From Chiloscyllium plagiosum (lineage: Eukaryota): a stretch of DNA of 56,315 bases. The translations under genes were made by a program, and so were the position numbers. The notes under the pieces were generated by a model. It did no database searches. It saw only the letters and a list, made by a program, of their open reading frames with translations, and was not told where the DNA came from. Positions 37,193 to 49,559 of the stretch are shown here, in pieces. The stretch spans positions 33,133,690-33,190,004 of the forward strand of contig NC_057718.1 of the NCBI RefSeq assembly GCF_004010195.1, given 5' to 3'. How positions within the stretch are numbered: the first letter of the stretch is position 1; each line of letters starts with the position of its first letter.

Positions 37193-37689
37193 TTCGAGAC
37201 TTTGTTAGGAACATGCACAGATGCAGATGATGTGCACCACCCTTCAAGCAAACTAACAATCCAACCCTTAAAGTACTACCTGACCCATATATGGCAGGGT
37301 CTGCAGATCACACATTGGATTTATTGGCCAACTCAGAACCCATTGAATTAAACATGACTTCCTTAATTCCAAAAGACTGCCAAAGAAGAACAGCCTTTGC
37401 ATCTCCAAGCTATCTGAATTCTAAAATCTAGGTGCTTAAATTCATTACCCAGTCTGTTGCATTCTGATTTTGATACTTTGATCTACCATCATTATCCCCA
37501 AAGAGTTTATCCTTATATTTTGCAGGCTATCTACACACACAAAAATCCCTGTAAATTCAAAGTCTATCTGACTTTCCTCAATTGGCTTAACATTTTATAA
37601 GTGCCACTTACTTTGACCCAGATATTGAATTCTATGTATTTCTTGGAATGGATTAAATCACTGTTCTGCACTATTTGGCTGAGATGAGA

Positions 37690-38105
37690 GAATTATCTTC
37701 ATGACAGACTAAATATAATGGGAGTATATTCACTGGAGTATGGAAAAATAAGAGGTGAGCTCATTGAAAGGTAAAATATTTTTAGAGGGCTTGACAGGGC
37801 AGATGGTGAGAGGCTATTTCTCCAGAAAGCAGAGTCTAGTAATTGGAATCAGAGTCTGCAGGTTTAACTATTTCAGGGTCAGCTATTTAGGACAAAGATG
37901 AAGAGAAATTTCTTTGAGAATTATTTTGGGGTTGCGAAGCTTCAGAAATCTTGGTTCTTGCTTCAATGTTAGATCTATTCAGCTTTGCCATCACTAGATC
38001 TTTGAGCACTAGGATAACGAGAGACAAGTGGGAAAGTGGAATTGAGTTTGAAGGTATGATCTTATTGAATGGTTAGGCTTATGGGGTCATGTGGCCAAAT
38101 TTTGT
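37690..38105 (+). mobile_element. Old CR1 3' fragment
   Basis: Degraded RGELIE motif and 3'UTR. Confidence 0.7.
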
Positions 38106-38374
38106 TTCTTTTTCTTTCTATCTTTTCTTTTGTATCGTTTACTACTTCACAAAACTCTGGCACTGTTACTGAACATCAATTCTTATTGTGTTGTTTACAA
38201 ACAAAGTATTCTTTTATAACGCTTTCTTCTTTTTCTCTCTTTTAAGCATGACAGGAAATTCAGTCATTGTAGGGTCTCTATATAGTTCTAATCAAACTGC
38301 CCGCTGCTTTGTTTTTGATTGAAGATGTAGGCCCAGAATAATATGCCAAGATCTCTTACAGAACTCTGACTCAC

Positions 38375-38456
38375 TTCAGTGACACTTTCAAGGCAGGTTT
38401 CAAGGAATGGGTCTTTTCAACAGTTTGAAGGCACAACTGAAGCAGCTCCTCAGCAG
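38375..38456 (-). CDS. Exon, copy A: AEELLQLCLQTVEKTHSLKPALKVSL
   Basis: Acceptor tcttctaatgtcttcag, donor GAA|gtgagt, only one frame open. Confidence 0.6.
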
Positions 38457-38651
38457 CTGAAGACATTAGAAGAGCTAGAAGATGATAACTGGCGCATTTT
38501 AACTAGTAGAACAAAATTGCACTAACCTGGGCCAAATGCAGTGTACCTCAAATATAAAATGGGCTGCACTTCTGCCTCTTTTGCTGAATCATTCATGAAG
38601 TTATAATACAACCATTCCTAACTGTAGCCTAGTAACATCACATCCCCTTAC

Positions 38652-38685
38652 GAAGAATCCACCTCCACAAGGCTGTACATGAAAT
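38652..38685 (-). CDS. Candidate small exon, copy A: ISCTALWRWIL
   Basis: Donor TTC|gtaagg; phase 1 fits the next exon; weak acceptor. Confidence 0.35.
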
Positions 38686-40496
38686 CTTGATTTAAAGTGC
38701 AGGCTTGGCATAGCCTATGTTTGCGGCTGTCCTGTCAGGCGTTTGTCAAATTTGTGGCAGGAATTTCTGAGAACAGTTGAGCAATGTTGAAGCCGCGATA
38801 CATCAAAAAATATCTGTGTATAAATATTTCCTAAAGTAACTTGCGGAAATGATCATTAATTTGTCAATCCTCAGAAAGAGGGTATACTACTATCATGAGT
38901 ATAAAAAAACACTTATTTGGTGGACTGCTTCCTCCTCTACTGGTCGTCTGTGACTTTTAATTTGTCATTTTATTTAATTCTTGTAAATCTTCCCATCTTC
39001 ATCACATCTGAACTTTTCCCTCCTCTCTATGTTTTTTCAAATTTTGACTAGTACCTAGATAGGTAACTCCTCTCCTCTGCTTTATTTATTGTTGGGACAT
39101 GTGTATCATTTGGTTTAGGTGAAGGCTAGCACACATGCAAGTTCCACAATCTAGATCCAATATCCCAGAAATCAGAGACTTCTCTTTCCATATCATTATT
39201 ACATGATGCTTTATTCTGCCTTTCTCTAACTGATCCAATATGTGGTCACAAGAGTAATCTCTAAATCAGCCTAGTTTTCTTTTCTAATACATCATCAATT
39301 ACCCCATGTTCCTCTTTAGATAACCTTCACACCACTATTTCTGTACAAGGCATACCCTTTCTTCCCACCCCAACACTGTTCTCACTGCTGTGATACCACT
39401 TATGGTTATTTTGTTTATTTCACTGACCTCAACTGCATTTTAGATATCCAGCATGGTGTACTTGTTAAATGATTCTAAATACAAAGAGATTGCCTGACTG
39501 CTATTTTTCCTCTGCTTCATTCTATCTCTCTCCCTGTCATATGACCATCTTCTGGAATTTACATTCTAGAATATTGTCCTCTCCAGTTCATAGGTATAGC
39601 ACATAGTATTTGAAGCTCTAAAACAAGCCATTCAGGTCCATGCTTTTATATCACTCATGTACTTTAGTTATAAGCTCAAACAAGTCTAAATGGAGACACA
39701 TTTGCCCACTTGGTTGTTCTTAGTTTTCAGGAACTGTTAGAATTCCTCAGAATATTTGTCATGCTTTTCTTGACATTTTAATTAACAATTGTTTAAGTTA
39801 ACAATTATCTGTTAACTGACATTGTGATGAAGTAATCCAATTCCGGCTTCATCAAAGCCCTTGCTTTGGGAGAATCCCATGTAGCACCTTGGTCCTGGAG
39901 GAACGCTGTCTCGTTTTACTGTATCAGTTGTATATGGTAGAAATGACAAATAAAGTTACTCTTGACTCTTACTGTCCCAACTTAAGTGATCTTGCTTTAG
40001 ATTACTTAACTAAATATTTCAGCTGGTATTTACACAATGTCTAAATATACATGTCCTTCTTTTAACTTAGTCAGCAAACTTTGTGTGGCAAGCCATTGCT
40101 AAAACGAGGATCAGTGTTAAAGTAGATAATTACTTCAAAAAGAGAAATATGTAAGTGTAAGGGGGATGAGGGAGGAGAGTGGTATTAGTCCAAATGGTTC
40201 CTATGGAGTAAAACACCAGCATAGACTGTATGGGTCAAATAAACTGTTATGATTCTGCACAATTAACACAAAGGAGTCAAACCTGCAGTTGCAGTTTCAG
40301 CACTTACAGGTTTAATGCTGTTATTATTTATTGCTAATCCCTTTCTGTTTCTCAGCAACCTTAAGCACACTAACGTTCTCCAATGGTACTATTGGCCAAT
40401 CTGAGGCATGAATTTGTTAACCTTGGGAACCATTCCAAATATATAGTTCTGGGAAGTGGATTGAAAAGCATATCAGGGAGGGGACATCAACTATGG

Positions 40497-41455
40497 AATT
40501 ATTTATATAAATGATTTGGATGCGAGCATCAGATGTTTAGTTAGTTTGCAGATGACACCAAAATTGGAGATGTAGTGGACAGTGAAGAAGATTACCTCAG
40601 ATTACTACAGGATCTTGATCAGATGGGCCAATGGGCTGAGAAGTGGCAGATGGAGTTTAATTTAGATAAATGCGAGGTGCTGCATTTTGGGAAAGCAAAT
40701 CTTAGCAGGATTTATACACTTAATGGTAAGGTCCCAGGGAGTGTTGCTGAACAAAGAGACCTTGGAGCGCAGGTTCATAGATCCTTGAAAGTGGAGTCGC
40801 AGGAAGATAGGATAGTGAAGAAGGCATTTGGAGTGCTTTCCTTTATTGGTCAGAGTATTGAGTACAGGAGTTGGGAGGTCATGTTGCGCCTGTACAGGAC
40901 ATTGGTTAGGCCACTGTTGGAATATTGCGTGCAATTCTGGTCTCCTTCCTATCGGAAAGATGTTGTGAAACTTGAAAGGGTTCAGAAAAGATTTACAAGG
41001 ATATTGCCAGGGTTGGAGGATTTGAGCTATAGGGAGAGGCTGAGCATGCTGAGGCTGTTTTCCTTGGAGCATCGGAGGCTGAGGGATGACCTTATAGAGG
41101 TTTACAAACTTATGAGGGGCATGGATAGAAAAAATAGGCAAAGTCTTTTCCCTGGGATGGGGGCGTCCAGAACTAGAGGGCATAGGTTTTGGGTGAGAGG
41201 GGAAAGATATAATAGAGAACTAAGGACCAACGTTTTCACACAGAGGGTGGTACGTGTATGGAATGAGCTGCCAGGGGAAGTAGTGGAGGCTGGTACAATT
41301 GCAACATTTAAGAGGCATTTGGATGGGTATATGAACAGGAAGGGTTTGGAGGGATATGGGCCAGGTGCTGGCAGGTGGGGCTAGATTGGGTTAGGATATC
41401 TGGTCGGGTTGGACCGAAGTGTCTATTTCCATGCTGTACATCTCTATGACTCTAC
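40497..41455 (+). mobile_element. CR1 (HER1-like) LINE, 5'-truncated, young
   Basis: Intact 269-aa ORF 40575-41384 covering the RT C-terminus, followed by 3'UTR. Confidence 0.95.
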
Positions 41456-42090
41456 AGTCGGTTCTGCAATAGCACATGTTTCTTGAACACAAATTAGCTT
41501 TAACACGGTTAAGAATTTAGACCGTTATCTGTATTGACTATAACGTGATGCTGACCCCATTTGATTAAATGGTGCACCCATTGTGCAGTTTCTTATAAAG
41601 TGAGACTGCACAAAAACAGTACTTTTGCATTATATCTTGAACCGACTGTATTGGTAGGGAAGGTAACAGTTAATATTCTCCATCTTTTAATATTTATTTT
41701 TAAGTATTTCAAAGAGACAATTAGTCGAGACATTAATTGACTCCTTGTTGTATATGGGGATGCTGACATAGAAAGAATTCCATAAGCCCTATTACTGGAA
41801 CCACCAGTAATTCTCAGGAAGAGAACACCAGAATTGAGTTGGACAGAGCTGTCAATGGGTAATGAATGAAGTAAGGTGTGTTGAGTTTGATGGAACAGTG
41901 TACAATAGTTTTGACCAAGTTTAAAACTAACTGCAGGAACTTAGTCTCCTCCAACACCCCTCTGTTCTGAACATTTGATTTTCCACCTTCACACCCTGGT
42001 CTTTTATTATATTTTCCAGTTTCTCTCAATAACATTTGGCTCTGATTTTTTATTTGGAGCTATTTGATTCAATTGCTGTCTTTCTCATAC

Positions 42091-42146
42091 CTGTTCAAAG
42101 CTAGCAAAATTTGATGCATCATTCAAAACATAGCAGATTCTTCCAG
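42091..42146 (-). CDS. Candidate exon, copy A: GRICYVLNDASNFASFEQ
   Basis: Donor CAG|gtatga; weak acceptor. Confidence 0.35.
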
Positions 42147-42344
42147 CTTTTTAAAATAAACATGTTCACAACTAGCTTAACACAGAATCACTGTCACTTT
42201 GTGTTAATTTGACCACCTCAATGTTTTGATTAAGGTAACTTCCCCATATTTTGTTTTTAGTTCTGGTTAAGACTGTCTTTGAATATCTAACATTTGTTTT
42301 CTATTTTCAGATGTTGATGTTGTTTTTGTTTTATTTTCAGATTT

Positions 42345-42667
42345 TCAGGCCAGTATTTATTATCCAACCCTTATTGCCCAGAGGGTAGTTAAGTGTCAAC
42401 CACATTGTTGTGGGTCTGGAGTCATGTGTAGGCCAGACCTGGTAAGGATGGCAACTTCCTTCCCTGAAGGGCATTAGTGAACCATACAGGTTTTGCTGAT
42501 AATCGACAATGGTTTCATGGTCATGATAAGGTTCCTAATTCCAGACATTTACTGAATTCAAATTCAACCATCTGCTATGGCAGGATTCGACCCTAGGTCC
42601 CAAAACCTTAACCAGGATCTCTGGATTAATAATCTAGCAAAAATACCATTAAGCCATCACTACCTCT
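42345..42667 (-). mobile_element. tRNA-derived SINE, second family
   Basis: A/B-box head on the minus strand; homologous to 30840-31180 and 44895-45245. Confidence 0.8.
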
Positions 42668-42934
42668 AATCACACCTCCGTTCAAATCTTCAAGTTCCTG
42701 GATTTTAAAAAATGTTTTCTGCATGAACATCAACTTTTTCTCAAAAGAAAATCATTTGTAAAAGACTTTAAAGCAACATTACCTAATTTATTTTAAGAAT
42801 GGCATCAAATAATTGCCAGTAACCAAATTTATTTAAATTGTGCTGACAACTATAAATGCAATTACATACAGTAATTTCATGCAAACGCAGTAGGGAATGC
42901 ATTACGAGAGTTGGCAGGTGAATTGCGTTTGAAA

Positions 42935-43608
42935 ATGAATTGAATTGAATTTATTGTCACAGTGAAAATCTTTGTCTTGTGAGAAATACAGGCAGATCAC
43001 AGAGTTAAGTAGCATTGATAAGTAAGTAATAAGTAAACAGCAGCAAAAACAAAAGCACAGTTACAAGGGAAAGTTAAGAATTTGTGAGTCCATTCAGCGT
43101 TCTAACAACGGTAGGGTAGAAACTGTTTCGAAACTGGCTGGTGCGTGTGTTCCGGCGTCTGTACCTTCTCCCCGATGGTAGAGGTTGTAGGAAAACATTG
43201 CCCGGGTGGGATGGATCTTTGAGAATGCTGGCAGCCTTTCCTTGACAGCGGGCCTGGTAGATGGATTCTTTGGATGGGAGGTTGGCCTTTGTGATTGTCC
43301 GGGCCAAGTTCACCACTCTCTAACCATCTTTGATCTTGAATGGTACAGTTGCCACAGCAGGTAGTGATACATCCAGACAGAATGCTCTTGATGGCACACG
43401 TATAAAGTTGGCAAGGGTATTTGCCATCATGCCACATTTCCTCAGCTGTTTGAGGAAGAAGAGATGTTGTTGGTCCTTTGTAACCAGTGTGTCCACATGA
43501 AGAGTTCAAGTAAGCTTTTTATGATGACACTCCCAGGAGCTTGACATTCTCCACTTGTTCCTGCTCTGCTGTTAATGTGTAGGGGAGCATGAGTAACATC
43601 CCACTGAA
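42935..43608 (-). mobile_element. Rex1/Babar-type LINE 3' fragment
   Basis: YTCAIKSILSGCITT..KAASILKDPSHPG..LPSGRRYR..FRNSFYP; (AATTC)n tail. Confidence 0.9.
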
Positions 43609-43699
43609 AAATATTTAAAGTTAAAAATTTGTTTTAAAGTATTCTTTTGTTTTAACTACTGGTACAGAAAAAGACAAAGGAAGTAGGTTTTAGATTCAT

Positions 43700-43900
43700 T
43701 CAGGATGACCTTTTTGGCTGGTCAGCAATTATTGCTCATTCCTAATTGCCTTTGAAAAGGCGATGGCGAGCTGCCTTCTTGAACTGTTGTAATCCATTTG
43801 TTGTAGGTACACCCAAAATGCAGTTAGGGAACAGCTTCCAGGTTTTTGATCCAAGCATAGTAAAGGAATGCTGACATATTTCCAAGTCAGATTCAAGAGT
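43700..43900 (-). mobile_element. LINE 3' end sharing its tail with the second SINE family
   Basis: GCAATTATTGCTCATTCCTAATTGCC resembles the SINE 3' ends. Confidence 0.6.
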
Positions 43901-44149
43901 GGAGAGGTTTTTCAAAATTATATACCAGAAAAAAATTAACAGTCACTCGGGCACATAATGAATAACAAAGGAAAATTCATGAAATTACATGGCAGCAGAG
44001 GCATTAGTGCTCATCACAGACCTGCTATCATTTACGTTGTTGGTGCTATAGTTAAAGTCCACCTGCACTCTACCTCAAAAACAGCAGGCCAGGAACTAGC
44101 ACACATATTGTGGTGGGTAACCATTATGGCATAGAGGAAATAAAAGCTC

Positions 44150-44345
44150 ACATTTAATTTTGCAGACAGGGACCTGGGCATGTTGATGTATGGGATAATG
44201 GAGAGGAAAATGGTTATTTTTCTGGTGGATTGTTGTAACAGAGTCAGCCAGCCTCAACTCAGATAGTGTCTGTGTACCAAGTAAGAAGGGACCCCCCCAG
44301 TAGTACAGGTAACATGTTAATGATCTTCTAAGCTTGGCAAGTGTG
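44150..44345 (+). mobile_element. Harbinger Myb/SANT-like ORF relic
   Basis: FADRDLGMLMYGIMERKMVIF..Q*YR*HVNDLLSLASV. Confidence 0.6.
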
Positions 44346-45770
44346 AACGTCACCATCTTATCTCTGTTCAGTCCCACACACAGGGCCACTACTGACACAC
44401 TGTTTCCACATATACACATCTCACTGAAGACCAGGATTAGAACCATCACTAATGCATGCATCATGTCAATTCAAGGGCTCTCGCCCATATCATACTCCCA
44501 AACAATGAAATATTTCTGCATTCTATGCCTCCTACTTTCTCACTGGGGACACTTCATCAGCCCTCCTGCATAAGGCTTGTCTGTCTGTCCAACAAACCTG
44601 CTCCACTATTCAATTAGATTACGGCTGACCTGTTAATCCTCAATTCTACTTTCCTACTTTTCACAACTTCATGATTCCATTACTGGTTAAAATCTGTCTA
44701 TCTCAGTCTTGAATATCTTTAACAACAAAGTCACCACAGCACTCTGCAGTGAGGGATTGCACAGATTCACTACCCTCTGTGAGATTAGATTCCTCCTCAT
44801 CTGTCATAAATTGTTGACCCTTACTCTCAGATTATGCCTTGTAGTCCTACATTCTCCCAAAAGGGAAAGCAATCTCACCACATCAACCCTCAAAAGGAAG
44901 TGGTGGCATAACTGCAATGAAAGTGAACTAGCAATCCAGAATCCATAGGGTAATGTATTGGAAACATAGGTTTGAATTACAGGTTGGCAAATGGTAAAAT
45001 TTTAATTCAATAAAATTCTGGATTTGACGTTAGCTTGTGACCACTATCAATTACTATAAAAACACATCTGGTTCACTAATGTCCTTTAGGGGAAGGAAGC
45101 CTACCTTAGTAGATCCTTAACCAGTGTCACTTATTTACGCCTGCAGACTGGCAGCAAGATAGTTGATTCTTAACTGTCCTCTGGGTAATTAGGGATGACA
45201 AGTAAATGCTGGCTTATACAGTGATTGCCACAAATAAAATAAAATAACCCTGTCAAACTGCCTAAAAATCTTATACATCTCAATAAAGTCCCTCTCATTC
45301 TTCTAAACTGTAATGAATACAAGATAGTTCAACCTCTCAATATAAGATGATCCCAACATACTGGCAACAACCTTGAGAGTCTTTTCTGGACTGCCCTAAA
45401 GCAACATATCTTTCCTTACATAAGGGGACCAAACTTTTTCACAATATGCTAAGTATGGTCTGACTAGTGTCTTGTATAGTTTAAACATGACCTCTCTATT
45501 TAGTACTTTGCTCCCTTTGAAATAAAGGCCAACATTCCATTGCCTTCCCTATTACCTGCTGAACTTGTATGTTAGATTTTTATGGTATATGCACAAGGAT
45601 CACCAAATCCTTCTGTGCTGCAGATTTCTGCAGTCTTTATCTATTTAAATAATTTACATTTACTTTACTCTTCCCGCTAAAGTGCATAATATTACATAAC
45701 ATAATATTCCATCTACCAAGTCTTTGCCCATTTAGTTAACCTGTCTATTTTGCTCTGTAAACTCATGTCA

Positions 45771-47376
45771 GGTATAGACAGGATAGATTGAGTGAATCCT
45801 TAGAAGAGTAGAAAGAAAGTAGGAGTATACTTAAGAGGGAAATCAGGAGGGCAAAGCGGGGACAGAAGATAGCTTTGGCAAATAGAATTAAGGAGAATCC
45901 AAAGGGTTTTTACAAATACATTAAGGACAAAAGGGTAACTACGGAGAGAATAGCACCCCTCAAAGATCACCAAGGCAGCCTTTGTGTGGCGCCACACAAA
46001 ATGGGGGAGATACTAAATGAATATTTTGCATCAGTATTTACTGTGGAAAAGGACATGGAAGATATAGACTGTAGGGAAATAGATGGTGACATCTTGCAAG
46101 ATGTCCAGATTACAGAGGAGGAAGTGCTGGATGTCTTGAAACAGTTAAAAGTGGATAAATCCCCAGGACCTGATCAGGTGTACCCGAGAACTCTGTGGGA
46201 AGCTAGGGAAGTGATTGCTGGGCCTCTTGCTGAGATATTTGTATCATCGATAGTCACAGGTGAGGTGCTGGAAGACTGGAGNNNNNNNNNNNNNNNNNNN
46301 NNNNNNNNNNNNNNNNNNNNNNNNNNNNNNNNNNNNNNNNNNNNNNNNNNNNNNNNNNNNNNNNNNNNNNNNNNNNNNNNNNNNNNNNNNNNNNNNNNNN
46401 NNNNNNNNNNNNNNNNNNNNNNNNNNNNNNNNNNNNNNNNNNNNNNNNNNNNNNNNNNNNNNNNNNNNNNNNNNNNNNNNNNNNNNNNNNNNNNNNNNNN
46501 NNNNNNNNNNNNNNNNNNNNNNNNNNNNNNNNNNNNNNNNNNNNNNNNNNNNNNNNNNNNNNNNNNNNNNNNNNNNNNNNNNNNNNNNNNNNNNNNNNNN
46601 NNNNNNNNNNNNNNNNNNNNNNNNNNNNNNNNNNNNNNNNNNNNNNNNNNNNNNNNNNNNNNNNNNNNNNNNNNNNNNNNNNNNNNNNNNNNNNNNNNNN
46701 NNNNNNNNNNNNNNNNNNNNNNNNNNNNNNNNNNNNNNNNNNNNNNNNNNNNNNNNNNNNNNNNNNNNNNNNNNNNNNNNNNNNNNNNNNNNNNNNNNNN
46801 NNNNNNNNNNNGCTGTACAGGACATTGGTTAGGCCACTGTTGGAATATTGCGTGCAATTCTGGTCTCCTTCCTATCGGAATGATGTTGTGAAACTTGAAA
46901 GGGTTCAGAAAAGATTTACAAGAATGTTGCCAGGGTTGGAGGATCTGAGCTACAGGGAGAGGCTGAACAGGCTGGGGCTGTTTTCCCTGGAGGGGTGACC
47001 TTATGGAGGTTTACAAAATTGAGGGGCATGGATAGGATAAGTAGACAAAGTCTTTTACCTGGGCTCAGAGAGTCCAGAACTAGAGGGCATAGGTTTAGGG
47101 TGAGAGGGGAAAGATATAAAAGAGACCTAGGGGTAACTTTTTCATGCAGAGGGTGGTACGTGTGTGGAATGAGCTGCCAGAGGATGTGGTGGAGGCTGGT
47201 ACAATTGCAACATTTAAGAGGCATTTGGATGGGTATATGAATAGGAACGGTTTGGAGGGACATGGGCCAGGTGCTGGCAGGTGGGACTAGTTTGGGTTGG
47301 GATATCTGGTCAGCATGGATGGGTTGGACCAAAGGGTCTGTTTCCATGCTGTACAGCCCTATGACTCTATGACTCT
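45771..47376 (+). mobile_element. Young CR1 LINE fragment containing the assembly gap
   Basis: ORF2 motifs IKENPKGFYKYI and KSPGPDQVYPR, then the 3' end with tail. Confidence 0.95.
46282..46811. other. Assembly gap (530 N)
   Basis: Run of N. Confidence 1.
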
Positions 47377-47838
47377 TTATGAAATCCTCAGCCCTTGCCT
47401 TCCCACCTATTTTTGTGTCGTCTGCTAACTTGGTGATAGTACATTCACTTCCCTCATCCAAGTCATCAATATATAATGGAAATAATTGAGGCATCAGCCT
47501 TAAATCCTGTGGCATTCCACTACTTACATCCTGAAAATGCCCTCTCTATCCCAACTCTCTGCCTTTCATTAGTTAGCCTATCGTCTATTCATACCACTGT
47601 ACTATTCCCAATATCAAGTCATTAATTAGCTTTATATGTAGTACTTTATGGAATGCTTTTTCAAAATCCAAATTTATTATTTCTACTGGTTCTCCTTTTC
47701 TTATCCTGCCTAAGCTCCATTAGTTTCCCTAGCACTTTTTTCTCAAGTGATAATTTTTTGGCATTTATTTCTCCCTCAATTTTCATCCCTTGTGGGTGGT
47801 ATTTTTGGAATGCTAATTATGTTCTCTTCCATAAAGAC

Positions 47839-48157
47839 TTAGATTTAGATTACTTACAGTGTTGAAACAGGCCCTTCGGTCCAACAAGTCCACACCGACC
47901 CGCCAAAGCGCAACCCCCCCAGACCCATTCCCCTACATTTTCCCCTTCACCTAACACTACGGGAAATTTAGCATAGCCAATTCACCTAACCTGCACATTT
48001 TTGGACTGTGGGAGGAAACCGGAGCACCCGGAAGAAACCCACGCAGACACGGGGAGAATGTGCAAACTCCACACAGTCAGTCACCTGAGGCGGAAACTGA
48101 ACCCGGGTCTCTGGCGTTGTGAGGCAGCAATGCTAACCACTTTGCCACCATACCGCC
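47839..48157 (-). mobile_element. HE1-type V-SINE
   Basis: Same family as 15396-15713. Confidence 0.95.
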
Positions 48158-48317
48158 CATATTATGCAAAGTATTTATGCAACTCCTCTGTGGGTTACTG
48201 GAGCCCTCATTATTCTCCAGCCTCATTCTCTAAAATCACTGTTAACAGTTTTTCCAGGCACTTCAGTCAGATTCAGTCCTTCCCTTCATCTCATTGCCAA
48301 ACAAAATTGGCTCACAA

Positions 48318-48437
48318 GATGGGGTTATGCCCAAAATGTCGATTCTCCTGCTCCTTGGTTGCTGCCTGACCTACTGCGCTTTTCCAACAACACATTTTCA
48401 GCTCTGATCTCCAGCATCTGCAGTCCTCACTTTCTCC
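48318..48437 (+). mobile_element. Short Penelope-derived insertion
   Basis: 16-bp TSD CAAAATTGGCTCACAA at 48302-48317 and 48438-48453; the 5' truncation falls inside the hammerhead. Confidence 0.85.
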
Positions 48438-49455
48438 CAAAATTGGCTCACAACCAGATAGACCAGTTCAAGGCAGATGTGAGGTGTTTGTGCTGGCTGT
48501 GGTGGTGAGGTATGATGGACATCAGGTTCCTTACTGCCTACAAGGTGGAAATCCTCACATTAGCTGGAGTAGAGTATCTCAGCACTAACAAGGATAAGCA
48601 ACCTCAGTGGCCAACCAACTGAATGGCCTCCATTGTACTGTGCTTCTCTCCCAGTGATACCAGTAGCACTCATTCTTATTCTACAAGAACTCTTATCCCT
48701 CAGACAACTAATGCCCACTCCTGTTATGCAGACAATAGCAGCACCCACCTTCATCTCTACTTCTGGTAAGGCCACTGCACCTTTCATTTGCACCCGCCAG
48801 TAGCTCAAAGACTTTCACTTCGATGGACAGCCTCTAAGATTAGACACAAGAAGACAATCTCTGCAGCTGGTTGAGGAAGAAACTCTTTATGTGTTAGAGT
48901 AGTAATGGGATCCAAATGGATAGAAATAAAGCAATCATTGCTCAGGATGGTGTAGATAGAATCAAATAAGGAGGGGAAATATGCAGGTCTACGTCAGTAA
49001 TGGGCCTAAATCAATCCCTCTTGCAAAAGGTTAGCTTGGATTCCGTGGACTGAGAAAACTCCGTGCTCCTGATTCTATGAAGCCTCTTTTTTTCTGAGGT
49101 GGAAACATTGCTGTCAGAAAATGCTGGATATGCAACTCTGTCGCAGGCTTCCATAAGCGAAAATTTCATGACTGCTATTGCCCTGTCTCGTACCGGATTC
49201 ATTGACTGTCAGATTTACTTCGCGTGATGCACACTGCTATGAGAAATACTTTCAGATGTATGTCGGTAACGTTATTGAGCTGTAATTTTTTTTTTCAAAA
49301 AAAAAGCACACCACCACCGGTACTTCCAGATTTTTGCAGGCGCTGCACAATGTGCGTGACCCTCCTGCAATCCCACCTTGGAGTAGATGAGGTTGCAGAC
49401 GGTACAGACTGGAAATGTGCACAAAGCTGGGGAGCAGCTAACTGGGATGACTCAC

Positions 49456-49490
49456 CAGCTGCTGCTCATCCAGCCACGCCCACACCCCCA
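49456..49490 (-). other. Candidate first exon of a minus-strand transcript
   Basis: Donor CTG|gtgagt (plus-strand ACTCAC at 49450-49455); ATG at 49469 gives MSSS.. Confidence 0.4.
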
Positions 49491-49559
49491 CCTTGTCCGG
49501 CTCCCATTGGCACTCCAGTTGTCGAGCGCGAGGGCGCCTCGCCATTGGTCGGGAGCCGC

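Larger units (their letters stand above)
11364..42146 (-). pseudogene. Divergent otoancorin/mesothelin/stereocilin-family gene, copy A, probably disabled
   Basis: About 13 splice-bounded exons whose translations follow, in order, the remembered C-terminal half of otoancorin/mesothelin; hydrophobic C-terminus; in-frame stops at 14725-14727 and 20596-20598. Confidence 0.55.
44590..47700 (-). mobile_element. Old CR1 LINE split by a SINE (44895-45245, +) and a younger CR1 (45771-47376, +)
   Basis: Minus-strand RT resumes at 47377 (LYIDDLDEG..KLADDTKIGG in ORF 46916-47515). Confidence 0.8.

Noticed and set aside
45875..46891. Long ORFs of 190-338 aa
   Set aside because: They are artefacts of translating through the 530-N gap inside a CR1 copy.
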